DNA from: Neodothiora populina | Taxonomy: Eukaryota | Assembly (NCBI RefSeq): GCF_041146345.1 | Contig: NW_027191417.1 | Coordinates: forward strand, 124,001-188,000 | Length of the DNA: 64,000 bases | Direction of reading: 5' to 3' | Part shown: in pieces, positions 39,965 to 52,416 of the stretch | Numbering within the stretch: the first letter of the stretch is position 1 | Layout: every line of letters begins with the position of its first letter | Translations under genes and position numbers: made by a program | The notes under the pieces: generated by a model | The model's database searches: none | What the model was told of the DNA's origin: nothing | The model's input: the letters and a program-made list of their open reading frames with translations, nothing else

Positions 39965-41572
39965 ATGAGCAAACGCAATTTCAAGAAAGTCATGACGGGG
40001 CCGAGTCACCTCGCTCTGGCGTGTCCTGCTCCTGTCGCTTCAACGGTAGCCACTGCAAAGCTGTCTCCTACGATACTCTCTGTTTCTGCACTTGTATCTT
40101 CTACAACCCCTCATGAAAAACGGCCGTTGACTTTCTCGGAAGCACTGGACAGTATGTCGGATTTTCGGGGTTCTCCGACATCAAGCTTGGGTACGTTACC
40201 CGTCATGCCGGAACGACCTAGATATGCTAGGAATACGCGCTCTTCATCAGAGCGGACGTCTTCCTTGAGTCCGCGTTCGCGCAGAGGCTTCAATCCTCGG
40301 GCATTGAATCGCAGCACGGCGAGCTCGAATGGTTCGCTGAGGGCACCAAGACGGCCAGATGTCACAGCGCGCGTGTCATTTGCTACATTGAAAGATGTCG
40401 AAGAGCGAGAATCTCCAAAGGGTCATAGCGAAAATGCGATTGGAAAACCTAATGTCACAGCAGTCAGGGCCGACGACCAAAATGAAGGAAGTCCGGATCT
40501 TCCTTTAGTCACGCAACTCAAATCTGTTGATAAGAAACAAATCAATTATCCTATCGAGAAGAAAATGTCCCTTGCGTTAATACCATGTCGACAGGAGGTC
40601 AAAAGAAGGCTGCATGTGGCGCTATCACGATGGTTGGATTCGTCGGGCATCGTTGTGCCCAGTGCCAGAAGTGCAGCGACCAGGAAGATGAGCATCGACC
40701 AAAGTACGCGCAGAGCCTCAGTGGGGCATTTGTCTCTGACCAATTCGAGGCAGAGTTGTATCGAAAGGATGGGGAAGTTGTTCGCAAAGCGCCATATACC
40801 CCCAAATGAACATCAGTCCCCTATACTGTCACCTTTCTCACATGAAGGCTGGTTATATGCGATACAGACGTCTACCAGCGCGGCGCTTGTCGAACCGTCT
40901 AGCACCCAACGACGCCGGAACATGCAGTCGTCGATATCATACTACGACAGCGACGGCAAGCGCTATGTGATGCCAAACAACATCAACAAGACGACGACAT
41001 GGCTACCTTCAGAGATGCGACGCATCAACACACCACCATCTGGAACTGGGCCACTCGACAACAAGCAGCTCAAAGCATCGAGGGGGTTCTTCTTTGACCA
41101 CCGAAGACCTCCTAGTGAGGACGTCTCAGGGGAGATCAGACGCGCCGATCCCTGGGAATTTCAGTCGCCATCGCCGATGCAGAGAAGAATGACGGCAGAA
41201 GTGGTATACTCGACTTCAACAGCGAACAGGTCGCGCGAGTCATCATCGCTCTGGAGTCGGGTGAAACAGAGAAGAAACCACACGCCTTCTTCGTTCGGGA
41301 ATGCCGAATCGACTGCGGATTTGTTCGATTATGGACGGACGGATTACTTCCGCCAACGAATCAACGTCACCGACGACACACCCATGACCAAAGATGTTCA
41401 GTACGACTATACTATACCTGATCATCTTCCGACATCCCCACTTTGCCCCAGAAATGCGGAGCAATATGGAATGAGAAGAAGGTCAGAGGAGGGTGGGTCG
41501 CGGCTGGCATGTCCAGTACATGAGAGGGCGTCACACCGAGCGGACTCGAGGCATTTGGACATACGGTGGTGA
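39965..41572 (+). CDS. Hypothetical disordered S/R-rich protein (535 aa); start uncertain
   Basis: Long ORF with WLPSEMRRINTPP and a C-terminal PDHLPTSPLCP...CPVH Cys/His motif. Confidence 0.65.
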   Translation: MSKRNFKKVMTGPSHLALACPAPVASTVATAKLSPTILSVSALVSSTTPHEKRPLTFSEALDSMSDFRGSPTSSLGTLPVMPERPRYARNTRSSSERTSSLSPRSRRGFNPRALNRSTASSNGSLRAPRRPDVTARVSFATLKDVEERESPKGHSENAIGKPNVTAVRADDQNEGSPDLPLVTQLKSVDKKQINYPIEKKMSLALIPCRQEVKRRLHVALSRWLDSSGIVVPSARSAATRKMSIDQSTRRASVGHLSLTNSRQSCIERMGKLFAKRHIPPNEHQSPILSPFSHEGWLYAIQTSTSAALVEPSSTQRRRNMQSSISYYDSDGKRYVMPNNINKTTTWLPSEMRRINTPPSGTGPLDNKQLKASRGFFFDHRRPPSEDVSGEIRRADPWEFQSPSPMQRRMTAEVVYSTSTANRSRESSSLWSRVKQRRNHTPSSFGNAESTADLFDYGRTDYFRQRINVTDDTPMTKDVQYDYTIPDHLPTSPLCPRNAEQYGMRRRSEEGGSRLACPVHERASHRADSRHLDIRW

Positions 41573-42038
41573 CGGACGGGATTCATTTCTTGGCCGGCCA
41601 GCAACACTAGACACAACAAAGGACTAGGGGAGTCGACAAGCGTGTTTCTTGTATAGGCAGGAGGAATTGTCAGACACTATTATTCTACAACTCAATGAGA
41701 CCTATATGCAGCCCGTGCGACCTGTCGTGGAGTGGTCAAGATGTGCTGTAAAGTAATAGGTGTAATTAGCTAAGGTGTTGATGAAGCGCAACGATGGCAG
41801 TCTTGGCAACCAGGAACTTGTGCTCGGGGAACCTTCCACTTCCGTCGCGCAAAGTGTAATGCACCTTCCTTCTCCATCAACGTTGCTCTACCACACTCGT
41901 GTTTGGTGGATGATTTCGACTTCAATTCGACTTCCATCGCTACCATCACCATCACCTTCGCTTCACCACTCACCAGTCCATCGCGCGCACTTGCAGAAGA
42001 GAAAAGAAAGATCACACACCCTTTAGTCCCTCGCAAAG

Positions 42039-43425
42039 ATGGCGTCGGCCAACCAAGACGCTCTCCTGCTCTTTCGCGCCTGCATCGCGTCCAAGACACC
42101 CCCGATCCCTACCACCTCATCAGATCCCAGCTCCACCGCCGATTACGCCGAACTCCCTGCTGCGACACACGTTCTCTTCAATTCACATTCGTCAACAGAC
42201 GGACCTTCGCATATCGCCCTGCCCTGCTCGACACCGACGCGCTTCATCTCGACCAGCACAACCAGCAGCAGCAAGGCGGAAGAGACAAGCGACAACAGCA
42301 CAGCATCAGCAGGGGGACTAGATCTGCTCAGTGTCTTCTGGTGTTGGCAGAACAAGGACAAGGGTGTTGGTGAATACATCGCCGCCACCCAGGCACTCAA
42401 CTCGGCACGGCAAGAAGCAACCCTGTCTCCCGTGACGAATCTCGTCTTCGCCGAGAAGCTCGACCTGGTGAATTGGCTCGCCGGCGATGTCGGTGAGGCT
42501 GAGAGCGAGTTCATCCGTCCGCTGGGTGACACCGAGGAGACACGGCGATTGGCTGGCGAGGCAGCTGAGTTGGCCAAGGGTGGAGAGGCTGGCGATGTCC
42601 CCATGGGTGGCGTGGAAAGAGACGGCGGTGACGGAGACAAGGCCGACAGGATGAGGGTGATTTATCGACAGGAGCGAATACTGGGAGACCGGAATACTGT
42701 CCTGCGGGGGATCAAGCAGACGGTTAGTTCTTGTAGAGGAGAAGAGGACGAGCAATCCGAAACTAACTGGACTCTAGGACTTCTCCCACGTGCGGAAATA
42801 CACTGCTCTGTTCCTGTCACGTAGCGGCAGCAAGTCAGCTCCCGCCCCAGCACTGACTCCCGCCCTGCGCGCACCTCCTTCATCCAAGGGCTCCTCTCGC
42901 AAACCAGAACCCATCATCCTTTTATCGCCCTCTGCATCTTCGCTATTGCGCCTCTCGAACATCAAATCTTTCCTCGTTGACGGCCTCTACACTCCTCCTT
43001 CGTCAGCTGCGACAGTAACAAACATGGCGCAGATATCCCGTGTTCTGCCGTCGATCGACCCTCTACGACCCACCCGTTTTATTCTTGTCGAGAGCCCCGA
43101 GAACTTCAAGCCCGATTACTGGAATCGCGTCGTCGCCGTCTTCACCACTGGCCAGTCCTGGCAGTTCAAGGGCTACAAATGGAGCCACCCGGCCGAACTC
43201 TTCAATCGCGTGCTGGGTGTCTATGTCGGCTGGAGAAACGAGGGCATTCCTGATGTCATCAGGGGCTGGGGAAGAGGCGTCAAGGCTGTTGGTGTCGAGT
43301 ATTGGCGCGAGGGACAAGGCGCTGGCGAGCGGGATGTCGGCATGAGATGGAGAGACAGAGAGGTAGTCGAGGAGATCTGGAGTGCGATTGAGGCCAGCAT
43401 GAGAGCCAAGGGATTCGGAAAGTAA
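42039..43425 (+). CDS. CDC73: Paf1 complex subunit Cdc73; exons 42039-42722 and 42778-43425
   Basis: LVFAEKLDLVNWL, DRNTVLRGIKQT|DFS, PIILLSPSASSLL, DYWNRVVAVFTTGQSWQFKGYKW and RWRDREVVE motifs; GTTAGT..ACTAAC..TAG intron. Confidence 0.93.
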
Positions 43426-44333
43426 AGAGGATAAAAATGGCCGAGTCTGCAGCAAGGAACGACATCTCTGGCTTGGGTACACGAAATGGAGAGATACAGA
43501 GAGAGATGAAGCGAGGAGAGTACCTGCGTCGCCCGGCCCGAGCTAGGGAGAGACATTGACGAACCCCTCCAATTCTCTTCTTTTCCTACCCGAATCTCGA
43601 ATTGCGAGGGCACGCCTTACCAGGAAGAACCGACGCATCCTCGCATTGCTGTATACGAAACAAGATGCCTATCTAGCCGGGAGGGAACGTTGTAACAACA
43701 ACATCAACGGCAATCCTAAAATCGAGGACTGAAAGCCGCCGCCCAGAGAGTAAAAGTCGACTCTTCCACCACACGAAGAGATTGTGTCAATAAACCCGCC
43801 AGAGCTGGTCACTATATCCACCCTATCTCTCTTGCAATGGTGGCCATCAGAACTCTATATCATTCCCCTTCGATCTGCAAGCAATGACCAGGGGCAAAAG
43901 CAGAAAATAGAAGAGAAACAGGCAATCCGGCACGTATGCAGCATCAGTACAGTACGAGAAAATAAAACCCCAGCACTTCTGATCAAGGCGAGGACTCGTC
44001 TCGATAATTAAATATACGTGGGTTTCACGAAAGAGAATATCAGACGAAACCCCTGCTCCACCTTCATCGGTTTATCATCGCTTAGCTCATGTTTCGTGAT
44101 TGATCGGGCGTTGTGTTGCTCTTGCCATGAGCATATGAAGAATAGCTAAGTTTCTCCCTCACCTTGATGCTCGTAAGTCGCGGAAATCGTGTCCCAGGTT
44201 CTCGCATGTTGAGAGAGACAGGCAGTCACTCCATGACTCACCTTCACGTACATGATTATTCATATCAAGAAGCCAGCTGTTCAGCTCGCAAAAGGGGTTC
44301 AAGACGTGAGAAGAACAGGAAAAGAGAGTAAAA

Positions 44334-45704
44334 TTACTGTCTCCAAGCCACGCAATCGACCCTACTATCCCACAAGTCAAGCGCCATGTTTCTATCCATA
44401 CTCTGCCCCGCCTCCTTCCCACGGTCCAACTTCGCCGGCAACCTCCAAACAGTGATCCCAAACCCACTCATCTTGAGACTAGTGACGAGCGGACCGAGCG
44501 TCAATCTCTTGACCACAAACCCTCTTTTCTCCAAGTCCCGAACAGCCAGTTCCGCGAAGCGCGCCAGGACTTCGTCGGAGGTGCTGCCTAGTGAATTCAA
44601 GACGAGCACGACCTGGTTGTCTTTCTCTTCAGCTGCCGAGTTCTCGACCCCAGAAAAGCTGGAGGCGCTGAACGGGATGAAAGCTCTGTCTGCGTCAGAT
44701 GTGTCGACTAGCAGATCGATCATTTGATGAGTGAGATCTTGTGGCGAGGGAATCGGGTGGATTTGACGCAGGCCTGGCTCGCCGTGGGCGCCCATGCCGA
44801 GTTCAATCGTTGCTGGAGGCAGGGATTGGAGATCTGTCAGAGTGGCGTTGGGGAGGGCAACGCTGTTTTTTGTCATTGTTAGTAGAAAGCAGATTTGATG
44901 TGAAGCAGGAAAAGAAGGCAGCCTCACCGATCAAAAGCAACACCCACAGTGCCCACATTCGCCGCAACCACCTCCATGACGCTCGCAACCCTCTCGAGCG
45001 ACTCGCCCCTCTCCGCGAGCGCACAAGCACATTTCAACGCAATCAAATGCCCACTCAAACCTCTCCTGCCCACTTTCCCCCCTTTCTTCCGTCCGACAGC
45101 CACGTCGTCCCCAACAGGCACAAACCTTACATTATACCCGGCCGCCTGGGCTCTCGTGATGGCGAGTCCCGCATTGAGTATATCACCCGTATAATTCCCA
45201 CAAACGACCAACGTGCCCCTCGCTTCCCCTCCGCTTCCCTCATCGCCACCCCTCGGCTGACACAGCTTGATAGCCTTGAATATCTGCGCCGCGGTAGGCG
45301 ACGCGAATACGTTTCCCGACACATACGCGGATAGGAAATTCGACCCCACGAAGCCGCCGAACATGGGCTCGTGGCCGCCGCCGCTGAAGCCGATTGTGGT
45401 CACGTGGTTTGAGGACCGGAAGCTTTGCAGGTCGCTGCGGTAGAGGATTTTGTGGTGCGGGATGTAGGAGAGGTTCGGATGCAGGTGGGTTAGGCCTGTT
45501 AGGGCGTCGGATATTGCGTCTGGGGGATCTCAGTTCTACGGATCTGCGACGGGGGAAGACTCGGGGGATTTTGTGTTGTTGACCGAAGAGGATGGGGTGC
45601 TTGTGGAAGAAGAATGCTTACGCACCGGCCGGATCATTAATGAAATGGAACGTCTCCTTTGCAGTGGGAGAAATCACTTGTCGTGTCTGCACTGCTGCTG
45701 CCAT
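44334..45704 (-). CDS. Dihydroxyacetone-kinase-family protein, DhaK (Dak1) domain only; exons 45704-45626, 45519-44928, 44862-44334
   Basis: HFINDP, FSGGGHEPMFGGFVG, GNVFASPT, NYTGDILN, VGDDVAV, VGRRGLSG, ELGMGAHGEPG, NSLGST and TSLKMSGFGIT motifs. Stops at ...DCVAWRQ* with no DhaL domain downstream. Confidence 0.9.
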
Positions 45705-46489
45705 GGCCTCACGGATTGGATGTAGCAAATCCTTCGTGGCCTAATAAGACTAAGAGTCAAGAACCACCCTCAAGTACGTCTTGTGTACCACTCAGATCAT
45801 GGAGCACTCAGGTTACAGAGAGTAAGAAGAGCACCAGGCTTGTGATAGCTCGGATTGTCCAAGGAAAAAGTATATACAGGATGACAACAACAAAAAAGTG
45901 CAAGACCCATGGATGGGCTCAAAGTAAAGTACTACATCTCTCAACCGAGATCGAAGCTCTTCAGCCCGGATATCCAAATGAAGTACCTCAACCTCCCACA
46001 CCCGACACACAGAATAATCCCACTATTCGTTGCACAAGATACAGAACAGGAAGTAAGCAAGCAGGCTGCTCGGGAATGGACGTCACGCCTCGGATTACCG
46101 TATTAGGCAAACCCCCGACGAACGTCTCCAGATAGTGAGTGCGGGGCTGAGGATTTGGAGATCCGCCCCCACCATGATTACCGGGAAGGAAAACTACTTT
46201 ACGATACAAGTCATTAAAAGGTTCTTCGGATCGGGTGGACGTCTAGCGATGATAAGGACCGGGTTCTTTGTGGAATATATCTTGACACTCCCGTTGTCGC
46301 ATCTTTGAGCGCTGTGTGTTTGTCGTCTTGTAATTGGATATAGAAAGACAGAAAGAATATATCCTCATTCGCATCCCCGCACGCTTCACGTACTGTATAC
46401 TCCCCCCCCCCCACATCATATTACACCGGCTTCCGACTACTATCATTTCGACATATCACTCAGCAGACGAACTTAGAGGGAAAGGAAAA

Positions 46490-48247
46490 ATGGCAATAGT
46501 AGTAGAGCAAACAATCCCGTTCGAACCCTCTGATCTGGATATCACGAATCCCACTCGCTGGTCGGATCTTCTCCCTCTGCTACGACCATCACTCAGACCC
46601 GTCGCTTCGAAAGACCAGACGGCGACGATACTCGTCGATCAATCTTTCGCTGCTGCGAGTGATCATGATGTTCGAGTGGCGACTGTGGTGAGACCCGGGA
46701 ATTTCCCGAGCGGGTTATTGGAGAGAACGAGACATGCGTGTGCTTTTGCTGTCGGTCAGGTATCGGCGGATGATGTGGTGAGTGCGATGAAAGAAATAGG
46801 GATGGGTTTCGGTCAGGGTCTTGTGGTTGTGCGCAGGGGAGTGCAGAGGAAGGTCGAGATCGAGAGCCATGATGTGCTGAAAGTCGAAGTCGACGACGAT
46901 TTGCTGTTTGATCATGTCATGCAAGTTCTGGGGAGTGCGACTGAGTCGACTAGGTAAGTCTTCTTATCTCTCGATATAGATTCAGATATGCCAATGAAGG
47001 GTGTGTTCGAGTGTAACAAGGATCGGCTCAACCAGGAAAAGGATTAGGGCGCTAACGGTGTTCGTACAGATCCAACTTGCAGCGAACGACAGAAATGCTG
47101 CGACTACTGGTAAGGTCGTCTGTGGCTGTGCAATCCACATTTCAGACACAAAAGTCTCGGGGAAATCTATCCATCTCGAGTGTAGGTGGTCCTGCGGAGA
47201 CCTATGCGCAAGCTAAGTATGCCGTGGAACAGAGCTTGGGTGGTCTGTTGCAGTCTTTTGCTGCACAGGACGGCGTCACCCATTCTGTGCATTATGTGGA
47301 TGTGAATGGTCTTTCCAGACTCGAAAACTATATCATTGGTATGGAGATTGGGCAATTCTTTGGTGAGTTTTGCGTGTCCTTGTTTCGGCTGGACAACTAT
47401 CGTTCCGTTGTTTTTATGCATATTCCATAAGAAAACTGCAGTAGACATGGGAGAATGCTGACTGTTAGCAGAATCTCACGAAATTCCCTATGCACTTTCA
47501 ACTTCAATGGTCCTACAGCATGATGACATGGCCCGCGGCTTTGCGATCTCGATATGTCCAGTGCCGGTACAGTATATCGAACCTCAGTCCAGACCAACAA
47601 ATCCCCTGCTGGACGAGCAAGCAAATGAAGAAGGCTTGACTAGGGTTGACTCGAGATACATTAGGTTCTCTGACGTCCAAGTCCGAAATTGTATAGAATC
47701 CGGATGCGATGCTGTGATAGCGGCAGAATCAACAATCACTCGATACGACGAAATCGTCGGCGACGGCGATTGCGGATATACATTACGAGACGGAGCAAAG
47801 CAAGTCCTCAAGTTCATCGGCAACCAAAACCTCGGTGATCTACCTCAGATTGTTGGCGAATTAGTCCATGACCTGGAGGTCAATATGGGTGGAACGTCTG
47901 GTGCCTTGTATTGCATTTTCTTGACTGCCTTGTCTGCCTCATTGGCTTCAAGTGAATCAGTCAGGGATGCGGTTACAGTCGCCCTCGAACAGTTGATGAA
48001 ATATACAAGGGCAAGGGAAGGAGATCGGACAATGATGGATTGTTTGATCCCGTTTGCGCGTACTTTTGCGAGGACTGGCGATGCAAACAAAGCCTTAGAG
48101 GAGGCGCGTCGCGGTGTGGATACCACGAAAAACTTGGAGGCGAAGCTTGGGCGAAGCACATATCTTGACGAGAGCGCCATAAAGGGTATTCCTGACCCGG
48201 GTGCATATGGCTTGCTCGTGTTGCTTGAGGGGATGTGTAAGGCTTGA
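46490..48247 (+). CDS. Dihydroxyacetone-kinase-family protein: degenerate DhaK-like N-terminus plus intact DhaL (Dak2) domain; exons 46490-46953, 47070-47362, 47469-48247
   Basis: DhaL motifs ITRYDEIVGDGDCGYTL, MGGTSGALY, AREGDRTMMDCL, AKLGRSTY and PDPGA. Two canonical introns join it in frame to an upstream region with DhaK remnants (VNGLSRLENYIIG, MARGFAISI). Confidence 0.85.
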
Positions 48248-48973
48248 GGTCGAATCTTATGCTAGATAATCGTAATCAGAAGTCATCAAGAAGCAATTGC
48301 CCTGATCTTGTTTGACGCGATATGTACTTGTAATATAGACAAGTAGGAATTAGCACTACAATGTCTTTGTCAGGTCGTACGTCCCATATCGATACTGTCC
48401 CTAGTGTGGTTGATCGCCTGCTCATTCGTGTTAGCAGTCGATCGACTGGTGAGAGTCTTGCTACACGCGTCCCTTTTAATCGCTCTACTGTCTGGAATAC
48501 AGCGCTTGAGAATTGTCTTGGTTAAGAACAAGTGAAGCCAAAGATAAGTGGATTGTGATCTAGTACAAGTCGGCAATAGTATAATGCGCTGTGACCGAGG
48601 TGGATGTACTGGAAACCCCTGAGAAGTCAATGGATGCACAGATGCAGGTAAAAACAGAGACTACCAGGGGCTCTATCGATCGAAAACGCTAACAGAGAAC
48701 TTACCTTAGACATCTAGACTAGAAAGCTGCTGAAACCCTCCTGTATGCAGCCAGACCTGCAGATTACGAACTCCCAAACAAAGCTTTCCATTGTTTCCTG
48801 AAGTATGGTCCCTCAAGCAGATTTTGCGTGAAAAGGCAGCAAAGACAGTGAAGTACTAGATCAGATAGGAGGGAGGACGATAGTAAGGTACATAAAGGAA
48901 CGGAGTGTTGCAATGCAAGTCCATAGATGGGTAAAGGTGGACGTTCAAGAACGTCAAGCAAATGACAGATGCT

Positions 48974-49122
48974 AAAAGAAATGGCGCCCGGCTGGGTTCG
49001 AACCAGCGTCGGGTCTTCTTAGGGGCATTTTGGGATTTGGCAGGAAGTGGCAGGGGAAGGGGATAGGGAAGTACCTTTGGTGGCTGTAGAGATCTCAGAC
49101 CATTAAGCCATCAGATCTCCAC
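48974..49122 (-). ncRNA. Putative RNA polymerase III tRNA-like non-coding RNA (not a canonical tRNA)
   Basis: Minus strand has an A box TGGCTTAATGG (49110-49100), a T-arm/B box GCTGGTTCGAACCCAGC, a 3' CGGGCGCCA and then TTTCTTTT, with TATATA upstream. The acceptor-stem halves do not pair. Confidence 0.5.
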
Positions 49123-50796
49123 GGATGAGGGCTCAGAATAGCCATTGTATATACCCATGATTCAAGCTCACTTACTGTCAACGAAAGGACCCAGTCCTTG
49201 TCCTAGAAACTATCTTCCTATACATCGAAGTAGGTGAGTACTCGTAAGCCGCTCAAACTCAAGAGAGACCGAGCCAGCTCTGTCGCGTTCTCACTATCAG
49301 CCCATCATTGATGCTAGAAACACAGTAGAGCTTTTGTGTGCAGCTTTGGCAGATCGGCTCAGTGGTGACTGCTTATAAGGAAAGCTCTTCCTGCCACCCC
49401 TCGTCACTTTTGCCATCGACTTCCACCTTTCGCATCGTGAGTCCTACCACAGCTACGCCATCGCAAGTCGCTTGAAGGTGCAGACTTACGATCTCTGATA
49501 TGTTCTTCATTCATCTCAGGAAAAGAAGCTTGGGCTCGCTGAGTGATCAGGCCATCAAAGCTAGAACTCACGCATTTTTCCGCTCCAAAACAGATTCCAT
49601 CATCGACTTGATGATGGCTAATGCGGCATCGCCTCCCAGATCCTGGCATCCAGGAAAGACTATCACTGTCGCCCCAGTCGGACGTTTCCTCAAGATACAT
49701 GGATTTGGCGTTTTGAAGTCGATCCATGGACATAGCAATCTTCCTCTGGGCTTTTACCACTTCACGGGTCCGGAAGGGGCCTGGGCAGCGACCATCGATT
49801 GCTTATCTGAACCTAGAAAGACGACATTGGGTTCCCAGTCTTATTGTAACGAGGGATATAGGTCCTAGCAGGTCAGGCCCCCCGGCTGCACGCAAACAGA
49901 TTAAAGCATTTCGTCCATGAGTCCTACATCTGGCACTTGTCCACGTTAGCAAACGACAAGCGACATCCTGTAAACCTTCCACATTGGTGGTCTGCAGCTA
50001 CATCTTTCGGTTGATTGCGTCCACGATGAATGCAGAAGGGCTGGTCCGGGGGTGTTGACGATATTCACGCCAAATCATAGATGCCGGTTCCGTTTGCAGT
50101 CTTCTGCACTGGAAGTGTTAGTCCTGGTAACCCATACTGGCAACAATTGAATGTGCACTTCTGGCCATGATGGAGCTTTGAGTTAAGCTGGATTGTAGTA
50201 AGATCGGAACAGTGGCCGAGAAGTAGTGGCTGATTCTACCAGAACATATCGAATACGAAAACAACAACTGTTGCTTCCCAATATGTTACCAGGAGAGTAA
50301 CATCTGACCCCGGACCAATGAGATGGTACAGAAATTGATCAGAGTCGACCAATCAACTATATCTTGCTTCGATGATCTTTGTCAGTCTGTTCGTTCTTAC
50401 TGGAGATGCTATTTGCCATAGGTATCTCTAATTCAGCTAAGCACAGAGCTTCGAGTATCATTGTGTGGAACTTTTGACAGGCAATGGAAGCCATGATGCG
50501 CGGCTACGCAAAGTCAAGTTCACACGCATTAGTACATCACAGTGCTAGTAGCTGGTGAAGCTAATCACCTACTACATGCTGTGTTCAAATAACGATCTCG
50601 AGTCATAGGAAGCGCAGTATTCAAGTACGACATGCCTCGGCTTAAAAACGGCTATATGGTAAGGTTGCCCCGCATACATAAGCAGGAGAGAAGCATCCAC
50701 CAGTACTGCTAAAGTATGGTGATAGTCACTTGGAATTGGTGATTTCCTGTCATACTCACAATTCACTGCATTACAGAACTCATTCATTCATAAGGA

Positions 50797-51693
50797 ATGG
50801 CGCCGATATCGTGGAAACCAAAGTTCGAGGCGTCGCCACCAAAAGTGAAGCATTGCATGTTATCGTATCCAGCACCTTCTGTACTGCTGGTGCGGCTTAA
50901 CAGGCCAAAAGAACTCAACTGTATCAACAGTGAGGGTCATGCTGAGCTCGATGCTGTCTGGGAATGGCTTGACCATGAGCCTGCCTTGAGTGTGGGCATT
51001 ATCACTGGTACAGGCCGAGCATTTTGCGCAGGCGCAGATCTAAAAGGTACGCATTCTCAATGAGATTCACGGCCGAGTCATCAATACTGAAATACAATAG
51101 AATGGAACAAATCTACGTCAGAGGGCAAGCAACGACCTCAAGCCGAGTCCGGTTTTGGAGGGCTTTCTCGACGAGGTGGTCGCAAGCCCGTCATCGCTGC
51201 AGTCAACGGGATCTGTTTTGGAGGCGGATGTGAAATGATTGTCAACTGTGATCTCGTAACAGCTTCGTCAAAGGCAACATTCGCACTGCCAGAGGTCAAG
51301 CGAGGTGTCGTAGCCATCGCTGGCGCACTCCCTCGTATTGTCCGTACTATAGGAAAGCCACGAGCTATGGAGATGGCACTAACAGGACGAACCGTACCAG
51401 CTGCCGAAGCAGAGAGATGGGGCCTGATCAACAAAGTCGTTGGCGATGCCGAAGGCGAGGTTGTGGATGCAGCGGTGGAATACGCAAGGATGATCGCGGA
51501 GAACAGTCCGGATTCTGTCATCGTGAGTCGCGAAGGCGTGAAACTTGGTTGGGAGGGCCTCAGCGCCGAGGAGGGGACCAAAGAATTGATGCAGAAATGG
51601 TATCCAGGCCTCGCGAATGGTGAGAATATCAAGGAGGGTTTGAAAGCATTTGTAGAGAAGAGGAAGCCAAAGTGGATAGCTTCGAAATTGTAA
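50797..51693 (+). CDS. Peroxisomal enoyl-CoA hydratase/isomerase (crotonase family); exons 50797-51046 and 51101-51693
   Basis: RLNRPKELN, AFCAGADLK|E, PVIAAVNGICFGGGCE and FALPEVKRG motifs; C-terminal PTS1 SKL. Confidence 0.92.
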
Positions 51694-51895
51694 TTATAAT
51701 GTTGCCGTCGCATTCTGGCGGCTTTTCTCCTCGAACTTATTTCGGAAGTTATAGCCGTGATATGGACAAATCTGGTGTAGAAACGTGCGCACGGCCATTC
51801 CAAAGTAAAGTCCACGCCTGCCTGCTACCAACACAATGACAGACCAGATATTGAGATATTCGCAAAGCTTTCACTCTACCAGCACCAACAAAGAC

Positions 51896-52416
51896 ATGTC
51901 GAATATCACGATAGCCTCAGTGCCTCGCATCACGCGGGAGAAGCTTTCGACACTTGTCCGTAGTAAATCTCCCTCACTTGCAGTCATCGACGTCCGCGAC
52001 TCTGACTATATCGGTGGCCACATTGCGGGTTGTCAGAATGTGCCCGTCCATACTCATGATTACAAGATGCCTGAGTTGGTGAGAACGCTGAAGGACAAGG
52101 AAACTGTGGTATTTCACTGTGCGTTGAGCCAGCAAAGAGGACCGACTTCAGCGCTCCGCTATCTTCGTGAGCGAGAAAGACAGGTTGGCGGCAAGGTTGA
52201 GAAGGCGAATGAAGGTGCCGGGGATGCACCCGAAGTCAAAGGACAGACTGTGTATATCCTTGAGGGTGGATTCGTGAAATGGCAAGAACTGTATGATCCC
52301 CTCATAAGCCCCATTATTTACTCTGGTCATGCACTTACATTCTGTACTTTAGGTATGGAGAAGACAAGGATCTCACCGAAGACTACCAGAAAGACATTTG
52401 GGAATTTGGATACTGA
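51896..52416 (+). CDS. Cdc25-like rhodanese phosphatase / arsenate reductase (Ibp1/Ych1 family); exons 51896-52290 and 52353-52416
   Basis: AVIDVRDSDYIGGHI, VFHCALSQQRGP (HCX5R) and YILEGGFVKWQEL|YGEDKDLTEDY. Confidence 0.9.

Noticed and set aside
48981..49117. Selenocysteine tRNA or canonical tRNA call (3' end CGGGCGCCA resembles tRNA-Sec)
   Set aside because: No complementary acceptor 5' strand and no UCA or other anticodon arm; kept only as a tRNA-like ncRNA.
49404..49920. Short ORFs between the ncRNA candidate and the enoyl-CoA hydratase
   Set aside because: No recognisable motifs and conflicting overlapping frames.
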